From: a bacterium
GTDB taxonomy: Bacteria > Vulcanimicrobiota > Vulcanimicrobiia > Vulcanimicrobiales > SCRA01
Reading direction: 5' to 3'
Assembly: GCA_004297985.1 (NCBI GenBank)
Contig: SCRA01000027.1
Coordinates: 360-64,359 of the forward strand
DNA: 64,000 nucleotides
Positions 1-11,394 of this stretch are shown in pieces. Under the pieces are notes generated by a model. The model was not told the origin of the DNA and did not search any database. It worked only from the letters and a program-made list of their open reading frames with translations. The number at the start of each line of letters is the position of its first letter. The first letter of the stretch is position 1. Made by a program: the position numbers and the translations under genes.

Positions 1-581
1 TGGGAGCGCGGCGGTCTCGCCGACCGCGCCGGCCACCCAAACCCCGGCCTCCTTCATGGTCCGCAGCGCCTGTGCGATGTTGGTCACCTGAGCGATTGGG
101 AGATGGGCGACGGCGCCCGCCGAGGCCTTGCGGACGGTGGCATTCACGCCGACGCTTCGGCGCTCGGGAATCACGATGCCCGTCGCGCCGGCGCCCTCAG
201 CCGTACGCACGATGGCACCGAGATTGTGCGGATCGGTCAGATGATCGAGAGCGACGATGAGGCGCAGCCCTTCGCCCGCGAGGAGATCGTCGAGACGCGC
301 GTAGTCGTAGGGATCCGAGAAGGCCACCACCTGCTGATGCGCCTTGAAGGGAAAGCGATTGAAGTAGGACGCCTCTTCGAAGCGCAGCGTGCAAGCCGAC
401 GCGTGCGCCGCCTCGATGATCTCTTGCACCTGCGGCTCGCGCGTGCGCTGCTTGCCGACGTGGATGCGCCGGAACTGCTCTCCGGCACGCAACGCCTCGG
501 CCACGGCGTGGATGCCGTACACCACCTCGTCCGCAGGGACGCGGGCCCCGGTTGCCTGAGTACGCTGGGTTTGAGCGCCGT

Positions 582-600
<19 letters not shown>
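1..600 (-). CDS. rlmB: 23S rRNA (Gm2251) 2'-O-methyltransferase, TrmH/SpoU family (3' end runs off window start)
   Basis: Hand translation from GTG at 600 gives ...DEVVYGIHAVAEALRAG... and LTDPHNLGAIVRTA (SpoU motif); canonical position after cysS; start approximate. Confidence 0.9.
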
Positions 601-2055
<1,455 letters not shown>

Positions 2056-2075
<20 letters not shown>

Positions 2076-2721
2076 CCTGCCCGCCGCGTTCCTCCAACAT
2101 GCGTTCTAGGCGCGCGATGCGCGCGCTCAGCTCCGCGATTTGCTCCATCTCCGGATCGGGCATCTCGACGCGCGGCCGCTCGGAGACGGCGCGGATCGGC
2201 ACGCCGTTCTGCGCAACGACGCGGCCAGGGATTCCCACAACAGTCGCATTGGGCGGCACGTCCTTGACCACGACGCTCCCTCCGCCAATCTTCGCGCTCG
2301 CGCCGATCGTGATCGCACCGAGTACCGCGGCGCCAACGCCGATCGTCGCCCCATCCTCCAAGGTGGGATGGCGCTTGCCACGCTGTAATGAGGTTCCACC
2401 GAGGGTCACGCCTTGATAGAGCGTGACATCTCGTCCGATCTCCGTGGTCTCGCCGATCACGACGCCCATGCCGTGATCGATGAAAAAGCCCGGGCCGATG
2501 GTGGCCCCAGGATGAATCTCGATGCCGGTGAGAAAGCGCGCGAACTGCGAGAGGAGGCGCGGCAGCAACGGCACCCGCGCACGCCACAGGGCGTGGACGA
2601 ACCGGTGCATCACGATTGCGTGGAACCCCGGGTAGCAGAGCACGACTTCCAGCCACGACGTGGCGGCAGGATCGCGCTCCAGCGCGGCGCGCAAGTCGGC
2701 CAAAAGCAATGGGGTACGCAT
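2056..2721 (-). CDS. cysE: Serine O-acetyltransferase
   Basis: [41 protein letters not shown]; hexapeptide repeats. Confidence 0.97.
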
Positions 2722-2804
2722 GGTGTCTCTACTGTTCCCTTCGGCGGGGCGGCCGTCGGCCGCCCGTGTGGCTGTGACGCGCGCGACGGCGCGCGGGTTT
2801 CACG

Positions 2805-2858
2805 CTAGCGGCTACAGCGTCGACAGCACGGGGCGAAGGGAGTCACGCGGATATCCAT
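2805..2858 (-). CDS. Putative cysteine-sensing leader peptide MDIRVTPFAPCCRRCSR (17 aa)
   Basis: ATG 2858 to TAG 2805, preceded by GGAAACC; three Cys codons in the last 7 codons; lies upstream of cysE with complementary segments reaching the cysE ribosome-binding region. Confidence 0.65.
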   Translation of the reverse strand: MDIRVTPFAPCCRRCSR

Positions 2859-2937
2859 GGTTTCCGGCGAGTTCGCGCCTGCGCGAGGCGCGCTCCTGCG
2901 TCGCCGAATATCAAACAAATATGATTGACTTAGTACA

Positions 2938-4410
2938 CTATTGAAGAGACGCAGCGAGACGCTCCTCGATTCGTGCGGCCCCCAGCAGAGGAAAGAGCAG
3001 GTTGAGCGGGGCGCCATGCTCATGTCCCGTGAGCGCGATGCGCAGGGAGCGATAGGCATCGCGCTTCTTCAGACCATGCTCCGCGGCTATCTTCGGCAGA
3101 TCGTGGGAGAGCGGCAGATCGTGGAGCGTGGAGACATCCGCTACGTAGCGGCGCACGCTCGCAAGATACGCGCGTACGGCGTCGCCGCGCAGCTCTTGGG
3201 CTTGCTCTGGAGCGAGCGCCTGAACCGGCGCGCAGAGCTCACGCGCGATCGGCACACCGTCGGCGATCGTCTCCAAGCCATCGCCGAAGGCGTCGACGAA
3301 CGTTGTCAGCCAGCGCTGCGCACCGGCGGCCGCACCATCGCTCGAAGGGATATCCAGCAGGTCCGCGGCGCTCAACGCCTCTCCCAGCAGGCGCTCGAAC
3401 TCGGTGCGCGGCAGACGCTGAAGATATTGGCGGTTCATCCAACGCAGGCGCCGCTCGTCGAAGACGGCTGGAGCGTGGTGAATGCGCTCCAGACTGAAGG
3501 CCGCCGCCAACTCCTCGAACGTGAAGATCTCGCGTTCGCCCTCCGGCGACCAACCCAGGAACGCGAGGTAGTTCACCAATGCCTGAGGGAGAAAGCCTTG
3601 TGCGCGAAACTCGCCGACACCCACCGTGTTGTGGCGCTTCGAGAGCTTCTGATGCTCCGCGTTGAGGATCAGCGGAACGTGGGCGTAGCGCGGCGGGCGC
3701 AGCCCGAGCGCCGCGAGGATCATCAACTGCGCCGGCGTGTTCGGCAAGTGCTCGTCGGCCCGCATCACCAGCGTGATGTCCATCGTGGCGTCGTCGACTG
3801 CAGCGGCGAGATTGTAGGTCGGCCAGCCGTTGGACTTGAGGATCACGAAGTCGCCCAGATGGTGGTGATCGAAGCGCACGTCGCCGTGGACGAGATCGTG
3901 TACCACCGTCTCCCCGGGCTCAACGGCGAAGCGCACCACCGAGGGACGCCCCTCCCGCTCGAACCCCTGACGCTGCCCCTCTTCGAGCGTGCGGCAGCGG
4001 CCGCCGTAACGCGGTGCCTTGACGCCCGCTGCGAGCTGCGCGCGGCGCTCTGTCTCCAGCTCCTCGGGTGTGCAGTAGCAGCGGTAGGCACGGCCAAGCG
4101 CGGTCAAGCGCGCCGCGACGTCCATGTAGATAGGCAGCCGCTCCGATTGCCGGTAGGGGCCGTATGCTCCACCCGTCACGGGGCCCTCATCGAACGCGAG
4201 ACCCAGCCATGCGAGATCGGCAAGCAGACCCTCTTCGCTCCCTGGAACGCTGCGCGTCTCGTCGGTATCCTCGAAGCGCAACACCGTCGTTCCACCCAAG
4301 CGCCGGGCCAGCAAGACGTTGAAGAGCGCCGTACGCGCGCCGCCGACATGCAGGCTCCCGGTCGGCGAAGGGGCGAAGCGCATCCGCAGTGGCGAGATCA
4401 ACTCGATCAT
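2938..4410 (-). CDS. gltX: Glutamyl-tRNA synthetase
   Basis: RFAPSPTG, HVGG, RFEDTD, PYRQSER, KLSKR; start set at ATG 4410, overlapping the ispF stop. Confidence 0.96.
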   Translation of the reverse strand: MIELISPLRMRFAPSPTGSLHVGGARTALFNVLLARRLGGTTVLRFEDTDETRSVPGSEEGLLADLAWLGLAFDEGPVTGGAYGPYRQSERLPIYMDVAARLTALGRAYRCYCTPEELETERRAQLAAGVKAPRYGGRCRTLEEGQRQGFEREGRPSVVRFAVEPGETVVHDLVHGDVRFDHHHLGDFVILKSNGWPTYNLAAAVDDATMDITLVMRADEHLPNTPAQLMILAALGLRPPRYAHVPLILNAEHQKLSKRHNTVGVGEFRAQGFLPQALVNYLAFLGWSPEGEREIFTFEELAAAFSLERIHHAPAVFDERRLRWMNRQYLQRLPRTEFERLLGEALSAADLLDIPSSDGAAAGAQRWLTTFVDAFGDGLETIADGVPIARELCAPVQALAPEQAQELRGDAVRAYLASVRRYVADVSTLHDLPLSHDLPKIAAEHGLKKRDAYRSLRIALTGHEHGAPLNLLFPLLGAARIEERLAASLQ

Positions 4411-4886
4411 CGCTCCAGCAAGGCAACAGCGCGCGCGCTCATCCCCTTCTCCTCGCCTTCGAAACCCAGCCCTTCGGGCGACTTGACCTTCACGCTCACC
4501 GCGATCACGGGTACGAAGAGCGCCCGTGCGAGATTCTCGCGCATCGCCTCCACGAAGCCTCCCAGGCGCGGCCGCTGCGCCACCAGAACGGCATCCACGT
4601 TGGCGAGATCCCACCCAACCTCGCGCACCGCGCCGGCGCACTCCGCCAACATACGCAGAGAATCGGCGTCTCTCCATTGCGGGTCACTCGTAGGAAAGCG
4701 CCCGCCGAGATCACCGAGCGCGGCGGCGCCGAGGATAGCGTCGGCAACGGCATGGGCCAAGACATCGGCATCGGAGTAGCCTTGCAGGCCCAGCTCGTGC
4801 GTGATGCGCACCCCGCCGAGAATCAGCGCACGTCCCGCCACCAACGGGTGGACATCATAGCCGTAGCCCACGCGGCTGCTGCTCAT
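4407..4886 (-). CDS. ispF: 2-C-methyl-D-erythritol 2,4-cyclodiphosphate synthase
   Basis: RVGYGYDVH, SDADVLAHAVADAILGAAALGDLG; alternative ATG at 4901. Confidence 0.95.
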   Translation of the reverse strand: MSSSRVGYGYDVHPLVAGRALILGGVRITHELGLQGYSDADVLAHAVADAILGAAALGDLGGRFPTSDPQWRDADSLRMLAECAGAVREVGWDLANVDAVLVAQRPRLGGFVEAMRENLARALFVPVIAVSVKVKSPEGLGFEGEEKGMSARAVALLER

Positions 4887-4887
4887 C

Positions 4888-5574
4888 TCATCGATGGCCA
4901 TGGGACTCCGCCAATCTCTCGACGACGTCGAGGTCCGTTGGATGCGTAACCTTGGGGTTGGGCGACTGGGCCGCAACGACCACCGCCTCGATACCGATGC
5001 GCTCGGCCAACGCCACGTCGTCCGTCTGCACGACACCGTCGCGGGCCGCCGCCTCGTGTGCGGCGCGCAGATCGCCGGCCGCGAACGCCTGCGGCGTCGA
5101 GGCTGCCCACAGCTCGCTGCGCGGCAGCGTCTCGATGACGCGCCCGCGCTCGTCGACGCGCTTGATCGTGTCGACGACGGGTGAGGCGAGAACGGCTGCG
5201 CGCCCCGCACGTGCCGCTTGCAGCGTCGCGCGAACGTCGGCGACGCTCACCAGCGGACGCGCGCCGTCGTGCACGAAGATGCCATCGCACTCCGCGGGAA
5301 CCGCAGCCAGTCCGCGAGCCACGCTCGCTTGGCGGGTCAGGCCCCCGGGAACCACCGCCGCCAGTTTCCCCGCGGCAACGGGGCTCAGCAGCTCCGCCAT
5401 ACGCTCGCGCTCGTCAGCCTCGCAGGCCACCACGATGGCGGCCACCTCCTCCATCGAAGCAAAGGTCGCCACGCTCCACGCCACGAGCGGCCGTCCCAGC
5501 AGTTCCGCGAGCTGCTTGCGGCGCCCGAAGCGCCGCCCTCGCCCCGCCGCCGTGACGAGCGCGCACCATCGCAT
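4888..5574 (-). CDS. ispD: 2-C-methyl-D-erythritol 4-phosphate cytidylyltransferase
   Basis: AAGRGRRFG..KQ, GGLTRQASV, VHDGARP, TPQAF, KVTHPTDL. Confidence 0.95.
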   Translation of the reverse strand: MRWCALVTAAGRGRRFGRRKQLAELLGRPLVAWSVATFASMEEVAAIVVACEADERERMAELLSPVAAGKLAAVVPGGLTRQASVARGLAAVPAECDGIFVHDGARPLVSVADVRATLQAARAGRAAVLASPVVDTIKRVDERGRVIETLPRSELWAASTPQAFAAGDLRAAHEAAARDGVVQTDDVALAERIGIEAVVVAAQSPNPKVTHPTDLDVVERLAESHGHR

Positions 5575-5576
5575 AC

Positions 5577-6644
5577 CTATCGTTTGGGCCTCGCGAAGAT
5601 CATCCGCCCGGCCACCGTCTGCAAGACGCTGGTGACCTGTACGTCGGCGTGCTCGCCGATCAACCGCTTACCGTTCTCCACCACGATCATCGTGCCGTCA
5701 TCCATATAGCCGACGCCCTGGTTCTGTTCCTTGCCGTCACGGATGATGCTGACGTTGAGCTCCTCGCCGGGGAGCACGACCGGCTTGACGGCGTTGGCAA
5801 GCTCGTTGATATTGAGCACGCTCACCCCCTCGAGCTGAGCGACGCGGTTGAGGTTGTAGTCATTGGTGAGCAGCTTCCCCTTGCGGTCGCGCGCCAGGCG
5901 CACGAGCTTGGCGTCGACTTCGTGGATGTCGACGTAGTCGGTCTCGGCGATCTCCAGGTCCATGCTCTCTTGAAGCGTCGAGAGCGACTCCAAGCCGCGG
6001 CGCCCTCGCGTGCGCTTGAGCGAATCGAGGGAGTCCGCGATCATCTGCAGCTCGCGCAGCACGAAACGCGGCACCACCAGCGGCCCGTCGAGAAAGCCCG
6101 TCTTAGCGATGTCGACGACCCGCCCGTCGATGATCACCGAGGTGTCGACGATCTTGGGGATCGCGCGCGGCCCCGTTGCGGGCGCCGCCGCGCCGCCGGT
6201 GCGCGCCAGCCATCCCAGACGCTGCTTGACGCCGACGCGCGCGCCGAGAAAGACGCAGAAGACGCTGAGGATCAGGTAGAGCGCGAGGCCGATGTAGGTC
6301 CCGGCGGCGCCCGCCACCGAGAACCACTCAAGCAGCACGAGGCGGATGAGGAAGGCGATCAACAAGCCGACGATCAAGCCGATGGCCCCGCCCACGATCT
6401 CCGGCGGCGACATGCGCTCGATCGAGCTCTCTGCCTCCGTCAGCTCGCGTTCGAAAAGCTGCTCCACCGACGGCGCGATCAACACGCCGAGCGCGGCGCC
6501 GATGACGGGGGTCACGAACAGAAAGGTGAACTGCCAGTACTCCCCCGCAACGTGCTGTGAGAGCAAGTGCAGGTAGGCCTCGCGCCCCAAGAGGAACCCC
6601 GTGGCGGCGAGAATGACGGCGAAGATCAGGCGTAGCACGATCAC
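5577..6644 (-). CDS. Membrane PIN/TRAM domain protein (YacL family)
   Basis: N-terminal TM helices, DTSVIIDGR, RGRRGL, TNDYNLN, QGVGYMDDGTMIVVE; conserved position before ispD; start GTG 6644 inferred. Confidence 0.9.
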   Translation of the reverse strand: MIVLRLIFAVILAATGFLLGREAYLHLLSQHVAGEYWQFTFLFVTPVIGAALGVLIAPSVEQLFERELTEAESSIERMSPPEIVGGAIGLIVGLLIAFLIRLVLLEWFSVAGAAGTYIGLALYLILSVFCVFLGARVGVKQRLGWLARTGGAAAPATGPRAIPKIVDTSVIIDGRVVDIAKTGFLDGPLVVPRFVLRELQMIADSLDSLKRTRGRRGLESLSTLQESMDLEIAETDYVDIHEVDAKLVRLARDRKGKLLTNDYNLNRVAQLEGVSVLNINELANAVKPVVLPGEELNVSIIRDGKEQNQGVGYMDDGTMIVVENGKRLIGEHADVQVTSVLQTVAGRMIFARPKR

Positions 6645-6648
6645 GACC

Positions 6649-7794
6649 CTATGGCCGGCCCTCGGTCCTCGCGCCAGCCGTGATGAACTCTGCGCATACG
6701 TCATTGGCGAGGAAGCGGCCGCGTGGCGTCAGGGCGATCCGCCGTTCCGAGGCGATGATGAGACCCGCGGCCACCAGCCGACCGATCGCGGGTCGGTATG
6801 AAGACAGAATGTCGACGCCGTAACGTTGATTGAACGGCTCGACCTCCACCCCCTCCGCTGTTCGCAAGAGAAGCATGATCGCCTCACCTGCCGCCGCATC
6901 TCCGCGCAGGTGCTCGCGCTCCCGCGGAACCTCCGTGCCGGCCTCGATCGCCGCGCAGTACGCCTCCAACGACTTCGTGGCAACCGAACGCTCGCCTCCG
7001 AGATAGGAGGCGGCGCCGACGCCTAAACCCAGGTACTCGCCGTTCTGCCAGTAGGTCCAATTGTGCGCGCAGCGATGGCCGGGACGCGCGAAGTTCGAGA
7101 TCTCGTAGTGCTCGAAGCCAGCGCCTTCCAGCGTTTCGATCGCCGCGGCGTAGAGCTCCGCCTCGCCATCTGCGTCGAGGAATGCGGACGGCTCGCGCGC
7201 TTGCCACGCCGCATACGGGGTCCCCTGCTCGACGGTGAGGCCGTAGCACGACAGATGGTCGACCCCCAGCGCGATCGCCTTCTCGATTGAGTGCCGCAAG
7301 CTCTCGACGGTCTGCCCGGGCACGGCGAAGATCAAGTCGATGCCGATCGAGCGCGCTCCTGCCCGGCGCGCCGCGGCGACGCAGGCGGCGATATCGTCGG
7401 CGCTGTGGCGCCTCCCCAGCGTGCGCAACTCGGCTTCGTCGAACGATTGCACGCCCACGGAGAAGCGCGTCACTCCCTGCGCGACGTACGCCGCGAACCC
7501 GTCGAAAGAACCGGCATCGGGATTCACTTCGACGCTGATCTCAGCACCCGGTGGCAGAGAGAAACGCTCGCGAACGGCACGCAGCACGGCCAGCAGATCC
7601 TCGACGGGAAGCGCGTTGGGCGTACCGCCGCCGAGGAAGACTGTCTCGCCCTGCAAGGCCGGTGCAACCCCGATCTCCACCAGCAGCGCGTCGACGTAAC
7701 GACGCGCCTGCGAGCGGCGATACGGCCACTTCGCAAAGTCGCAGTAGGGGCAGAGGTACGGACAGAACGGGAGATGGACGTAGATGGCGGCCAT
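6649..7794 (-). CDS. hemW: Radical SAM heme chaperone HemW
   Basis: YVHLPFCPYLCPYCDF, GGGTP, YEISNFA, HNWTYW. Confidence 0.9.
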   Translation of the reverse strand: MAAIYVHLPFCPYLCPYCDFAKWPYRRSQARRYVDALLVEIGVAPALQGETVFLGGGTPNALPVEDLLAVLRAVRERFSLPPGAEISVEVNPDAGSFDGFAAYVAQGVTRFSVGVQSFDEAELRTLGRRHSADDIAACVAAARRAGARSIGIDLIFAVPGQTVESLRHSIEKAIALGVDHLSCYGLTVEQGTPYAAWQAREPSAFLDADGEAELYAAAIETLEGAGFEHYEISNFARPGHRCAHNWTYWQNGEYLGLGVGAASYLGGERSVATKSLEAYCAAIEAGTEVPREREHLRGDAAAGEAIMLLLRTAEGVEVEPFNQRYGVDILSSYRPAIGRLVAAGLIIASERRIALTPRGRFLANDVCAEFITAGARTEGRP

Positions 7795-8640
7795 CTACCC
7801 GACCGAGAAGACGCCGGCGGCCCCCGGGCCGCCGTGCACGCCGATCGACGGTCCGGCGGCCACCACCGTGATCTCCTGCGCCGGCGACGGCAGGCGCGCG
7901 CGCAACCGCTCCACCAAACCTGCGGCGATCTGCGGCGCGTTGGTGTGCACCACGCCCAGGCGCGCCCGCTCCGGGTGCATCACGTGAGCAACCGCGGCAT
8001 CCGCCACGTCGTCGAGGCCGCGCGAGAACGTACGCGCTTTGCCGAACTCGTGCGCCTCGCCGTCTTTGACTTCAATGATCGCGACGATGCGCAGGATTCC
8101 GCCGATGAGCGCTTTGGCCTTGCCGAGGCGCCCACCTCGTGCCAGATGATTGAGATCGGGGAACACGGCGTACCCGTGCTGCGACGCACGCCATGCGTGG
8201 AGCGCGGCGAGGATCTCGTCGACACCTCCGCCATCTCGCGCCATGCGTGCCGCACCCGTTACCAACAGCCCCAGGCCTGCGGTGGCCGTCTGCGAATCGA
8301 AGCACTCGATCCGGTGCTGCGAGAAGGCCTGTGCCCCTGCGCTGGCGGCATTGATCGTTCCCGAGAGCTTCGCGCTGATGTGGACGGAGACGATCTCACG
8401 CTTCGCCTCGACCAGCGGGCGATAGGCATCCTCGAAGGCCTGCGCCGTCGGCTGCGAAGTACTCGGCAGGACGCCGCCGGCGGCCATGCGCGCGAAGAAC
8501 GCCTCGCGTGCCAGCTCGACGCCGTCCAGGAAGCGCTGCTCGCCGAAGTTGACGAAGAGCGGGACGACCGCGATGCCCAGCTCGCGCGCGACGGCAGGAT
8601 CGAGATCGGCCGTCGAGTCCGTAACGATCGCGACGCTCAT
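7795..8640 (-). CDS. DegV family fatty-acid-binding protein (FakB-like)
   Basis: IVTDSTADL, TSQP, ISAKLSGT, GGRL, HGGPGA; adjacent to plsX and fakA. Confidence 0.93.
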   Translation of the reverse strand: MSVAIVTDSTADLDPAVARELGIAVVPLFVNFGEQRFLDGVELAREAFFARMAAGGVLPSTSQPTAQAFEDAYRPLVEAKREIVSVHISAKLSGTINAASAGAQAFSQHRIECFDSQTATAGLGLLVTGAARMARDGGGVDEILAALHAWRASQHGYAVFPDLNHLARGGRLGKAKALIGGILRIVAIIEVKDGEAHEFGKARTFSRGLDDVADAAVAHVMHPERARLGVVHTNAPQIAAGLVERLRARLPSPAQEITVVAAGPSIGVHGGPGAAGVFSVG

Positions 8641-9674
8641 CGATGCAGGGAGCTATCCCGCGGATGCGCGATCTCGTCGGCGATGGTCGTGACGAGCCCG
8701 CGATCGACGGCAACGGCCGCCGCTTGAATCGAGTTACGAATCGCCAGCGCTTTCGCGCGTCCGTGCGTCACGATGCAGATGCCTTGAAGCCCCAACAGCG
8801 GGGCACCTCCGTAGCGTTCCCAGTTGAGTTTCTCGGCCAACGGGCGCAATGCGCGGCTGAGCAGCAACGCCCCCAGCCTGCCGAGTATCCCCGACGACAT
8901 GATGCTCTCGCGCAGCAGCGTGAAGAGCTGGGTGATCATGCCCTCGCCGAACTTCAGCACCACGTTGCCAACGAAGCCGTCGGCCACCACCACGTCGGCG
9001 CCCCCGGACATGATGTCCTTCCCTTCCACATTACCGACGAAGCGCACCGGAGCCTTCACCAGGAGCTCGTGGGCGGCCACGGTAAGGGCATTGCCCTTGG
9101 TGGCCTCCTCGCCGATGGAGAGTACGCCCACGCGCGGGCGTGCGATGCCCATCACGGTGCGCGCATACGCGTCACCCATCAAGCCGAACTGCAGCAGGTA
9201 CTCCGGCTTGCAGTCGACATTCGCCCCGGCGTCGAGCAGCAGCACCGGTCCGCTGGGCGCAGGGAGGACGGCGGCGATGGCGGGACGCTTGACGCCGCGG
9301 ATGCGCCCTAGACTGAGCAAGGCGATCGCATGAAATGCCCCCGTATTGCCGGCGGAGACGACTGCGGCGGCCTTACCGTCGCGCACGAGGTTGACGGCAA
9401 CCCCCAGGCTCGTCTCGTCGGCGCGCCGCGCCGCCTGCGCCACGTGCTCGTCCATCGCGACGGGGATACCGCGCACGTCGACGATCTCGATGCCCGCGAG
9501 GTCCTTCACGGCGACGCAGGCCTCGATCGCGCTGCGATCCCCGACCAGCACGACCTCCGCGATGCCGTCGCGGGCGGCTTGTACGGCGCCGGCGACGATC
9601 TCCTGTGGCGCGTTGTCCCCACCCATGGCGTCGACGGCAACGCGCGGCACGCTCTTGGGGTCGTTATCGCTCAA
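8637..9674 (-). CDS. plsX: Phosphate acyltransferase
   Basis: VDAMGGDNAP, SAGNTGA, LDAGAN, DGFVGN, YGGAPLLG. Confidence 0.96.
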   Translation of the reverse strand: MSDNDPKSVPRVAVDAMGGDNAPQEIVAGAVQAARDGIAEVVLVGDRSAIEACVAVKDLAGIEIVDVRGIPVAMDEHVAQAARRADETSLGVAVNLVRDGKAAAVVSAGNTGAFHAIALLSLGRIRGVKRPAIAAVLPAPSGPVLLLDAGANVDCKPEYLLQFGLMGDAYARTVMGIARPRVGVLSIGEEATKGNALTVAAHELLVKAPVRFVGNVEGKDIMSGGADVVVADGFVGNVVLKFGEGMITQLFTLLRESIMSSGILGRLGALLLSRALRPLAEKLNWERYGGAPLLGLQGICIVTHGRAKALAIRNSIQAAAVAVDRGLVTTIADEIAHPRDSSLHR

Positions 9675-11271
9675 GGGAGATCACGTACTCCGAGTTCGGC
9701 TGCCCGCCGTAGTAGTATTGCACCTCGAGATGGGCGATCTCGGTGCGCAGCCGCTGGGCGACGCGCTCGGCGTCCCGCTCCTTTTGGGCTGCTCCGTAGT
9801 AGAGCGTGAGCAACCCTCCGTCCTCCCCGCCCATCCGCCGAGCCACGGCCAGCACGGTGGCGTCGATGGTCCCCTCGGTCAGCATCTCGCTCCCGACCAG
9901 GCCCGTGAACTCGCCGCGCGAGATGGCGATCCCGCCGAACATGGCGTCCTTCCCAGCAAGGAAGACGCTCCCCACCACCATCGACCGCGCCGCTGCCTCC
10001 AGCTCCTCCACGCTCGGCTCCTCGTGCGCTCGGGCTCCGAGCGCGAAGAGAGCACCGATACCGTGCGCGGGGTCGCGCGTTGCCACGACGCGCACCTCGC
10101 GGCCCTGAACGAGTGCCGCGGCCTCGCGAGCCACCAACAGCAGGTTGGGGTCGTTGGGCAGCAGATAGACCACGGGCTCGAGCACCGAGTTCGAGGCCAG
10201 TACCACATCGCGAACGGAGAGCCCCGCGTGGCCATCGCTGCGCAACACGACCTCGGCGCCCAAGTCGCGATAGATCTCGGCGAAGCCCGCCCCCGGCACC
10301 ACGGCCACCACACCCCACGGTTTGCTCGGACGCTCCACCACCATCACGTTGTGCTGGCGCTCCATGTTATCGACCTTCAAGCGCGTCACGCGTCCCAGCG
10401 CCGCCGCGGCCGCCGTCACACGCTCCGGCTCGTCGGTGTGGATGTGGACCTTCAGCACACCTTCGCCGCCGATGACCAGCAGTGAGTCGCCCAAGCTGTC
10501 CAGCTCCGTGCGCAGGCGCCGATCGTCGCACCGGCTCTCCTCGAGCACGAACTCGGTGCAGAATCGGTGCTCCTCGACGCGCTGTTTGGCGGAGAAGACG
10601 GCGCTGCGCTGAGGGCGGCGCGGGAAAGCCGTGGTGCGCGCGAGGTTGCCGGGCAGAAAGCGCAAGATCCCTTCGAAAAAATAGACGAAGCCCGTGCCGC
10701 CTGAGTCGACCACTCCGGCCTCCTTGAGAACGGGGAGCTGCTCGGGCGTGCGCTCGAGCGCCTCGTTGGCCTGCTTTACCATCCCTGCGATGAGGTGGTA
10801 GAAGTCGGCTTCCCGCAGGGAAAGCTTGTAGGCGGCGTCGGCGGCCGCCTGTGCCACCGAGATGATCGTCCCCTCCACGGGCTTCAGCAGCGCCGCGCGC
10901 GCGGCCGCCACACCATCGCGGAGCGCGACGGCGAAGTCGAACGTCTCCAGCGCCTGCTTGTGGCGCACGCTATGCGCGAATCCGCGCAGCATCTGCGAGA
11001 TGATGACGCCGGAGTTGCCTCGTGCCCCCATCAGCGAACCCATCGCGGCCGCCGCCGCTGCCTCGGCCACGCCGCTGGCGTGCGCCTTGCGCACTTCCAA
11101 CAGCGCGCCGCGGACCGTCAGGTACATGTTCGAGCCCGTGTCGCCGTCGGGCACGGGGAAGACGTTCAGGTCGTTGACGACCTGACGATACTTGCGCAAA
11201 AAAAATGTCCCCGCGGCCAAAAATCTGCGCAATGCACGGCCGTCGGCCAGGGTGACTGTCCACGCTGACAT
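9664..11271 (-). CDS. fakA: DAK2-domain fatty acid kinase subunit (YloV/FakA)
   Basis: LNVFPVPDGDTGSNM, GARGNSGVI, PVEGTI, VVDSGG, KVHIHT, C-terminal GGQP. Confidence 0.93.
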   Translation of the reverse strand: MSAWTVTLADGRALRRFLAAGTFFLRKYRQVVNDLNVFPVPDGDTGSNMYLTVRGALLEVRKAHASGVAEAAAAAAMGSLMGARGNSGVIISQMLRGFAHSVRHKQALETFDFAVALRDGVAAARAALLKPVEGTIISVAQAAADAAYKLSLREADFYHLIAGMVKQANEALERTPEQLPVLKEAGVVDSGGTGFVYFFEGILRFLPGNLARTTAFPRRPQRSAVFSAKQRVEEHRFCTEFVLEESRCDDRRLRTELDSLGDSLLVIGGEGVLKVHIHTDEPERVTAAAAALGRVTRLKVDNMERQHNVMVVERPSKPWGVVAVVPGAGFAEIYRDLGAEVVLRSDGHAGLSVRDVVLASNSVLEPVVYLLPNDPNLLLVAREAAALVQGREVRVVATRDPAHGIGALFALGARAHEEPSVEELEAAARSMVVGSVFLAGKDAMFGGIAISRGEFTGLVGSEMLTEGTIDATVLAVARRMGGEDGGLLTLYYGAAQKERDAERVAQRLRTEIAHLEVQYYYGGQPNSEYVISLER

Positions 11272-11317
11272 CGGGAGGGCGTTTACGATGCTCGCTCGGC
11301 GACTCCTCCGGCCGGGA

Positions 11318-11347
11318 TTGCGTCGCGCCTCTTTCGTGTGTTATAGT
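11318..11347 (+). promoter_or_regulatory. Putative sigma-70 promoter for rpmB
   Basis: TTGCGT-18nt-TATAGT with extended -10 TGn. Confidence 0.55.
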
Positions 11348-11394
11348 ACCGTGGTTGTCGCGCCTCTTGGCGCAACCCAACGAGGAGTATGGTC

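Noticed and set aside
2722..2937. T-box riboswitch expected from Bacillus synteny
   Set aside because: No GGTGG.ACC.CG T-box motif or U-tailed terminator seen; a leader-peptide model fits better
2941..4779. Long antisense or alternate-frame ORFs (e.g. 2941-4779+, 7291-8727+, 37202-38659+, 44464-46005+, 57226-58620-)
   Set aside because: Shadow ORFs typical of high-GC DNA, lying over well-identified genes and without recognisable motifs
11198..11205. A8/T8 homopolymer near the 5' end of fakA as a phase-variation or slippage site
   Set aside because: In frame, encodes F-F-L in a housekeeping gene, and no alternative frame product is evident
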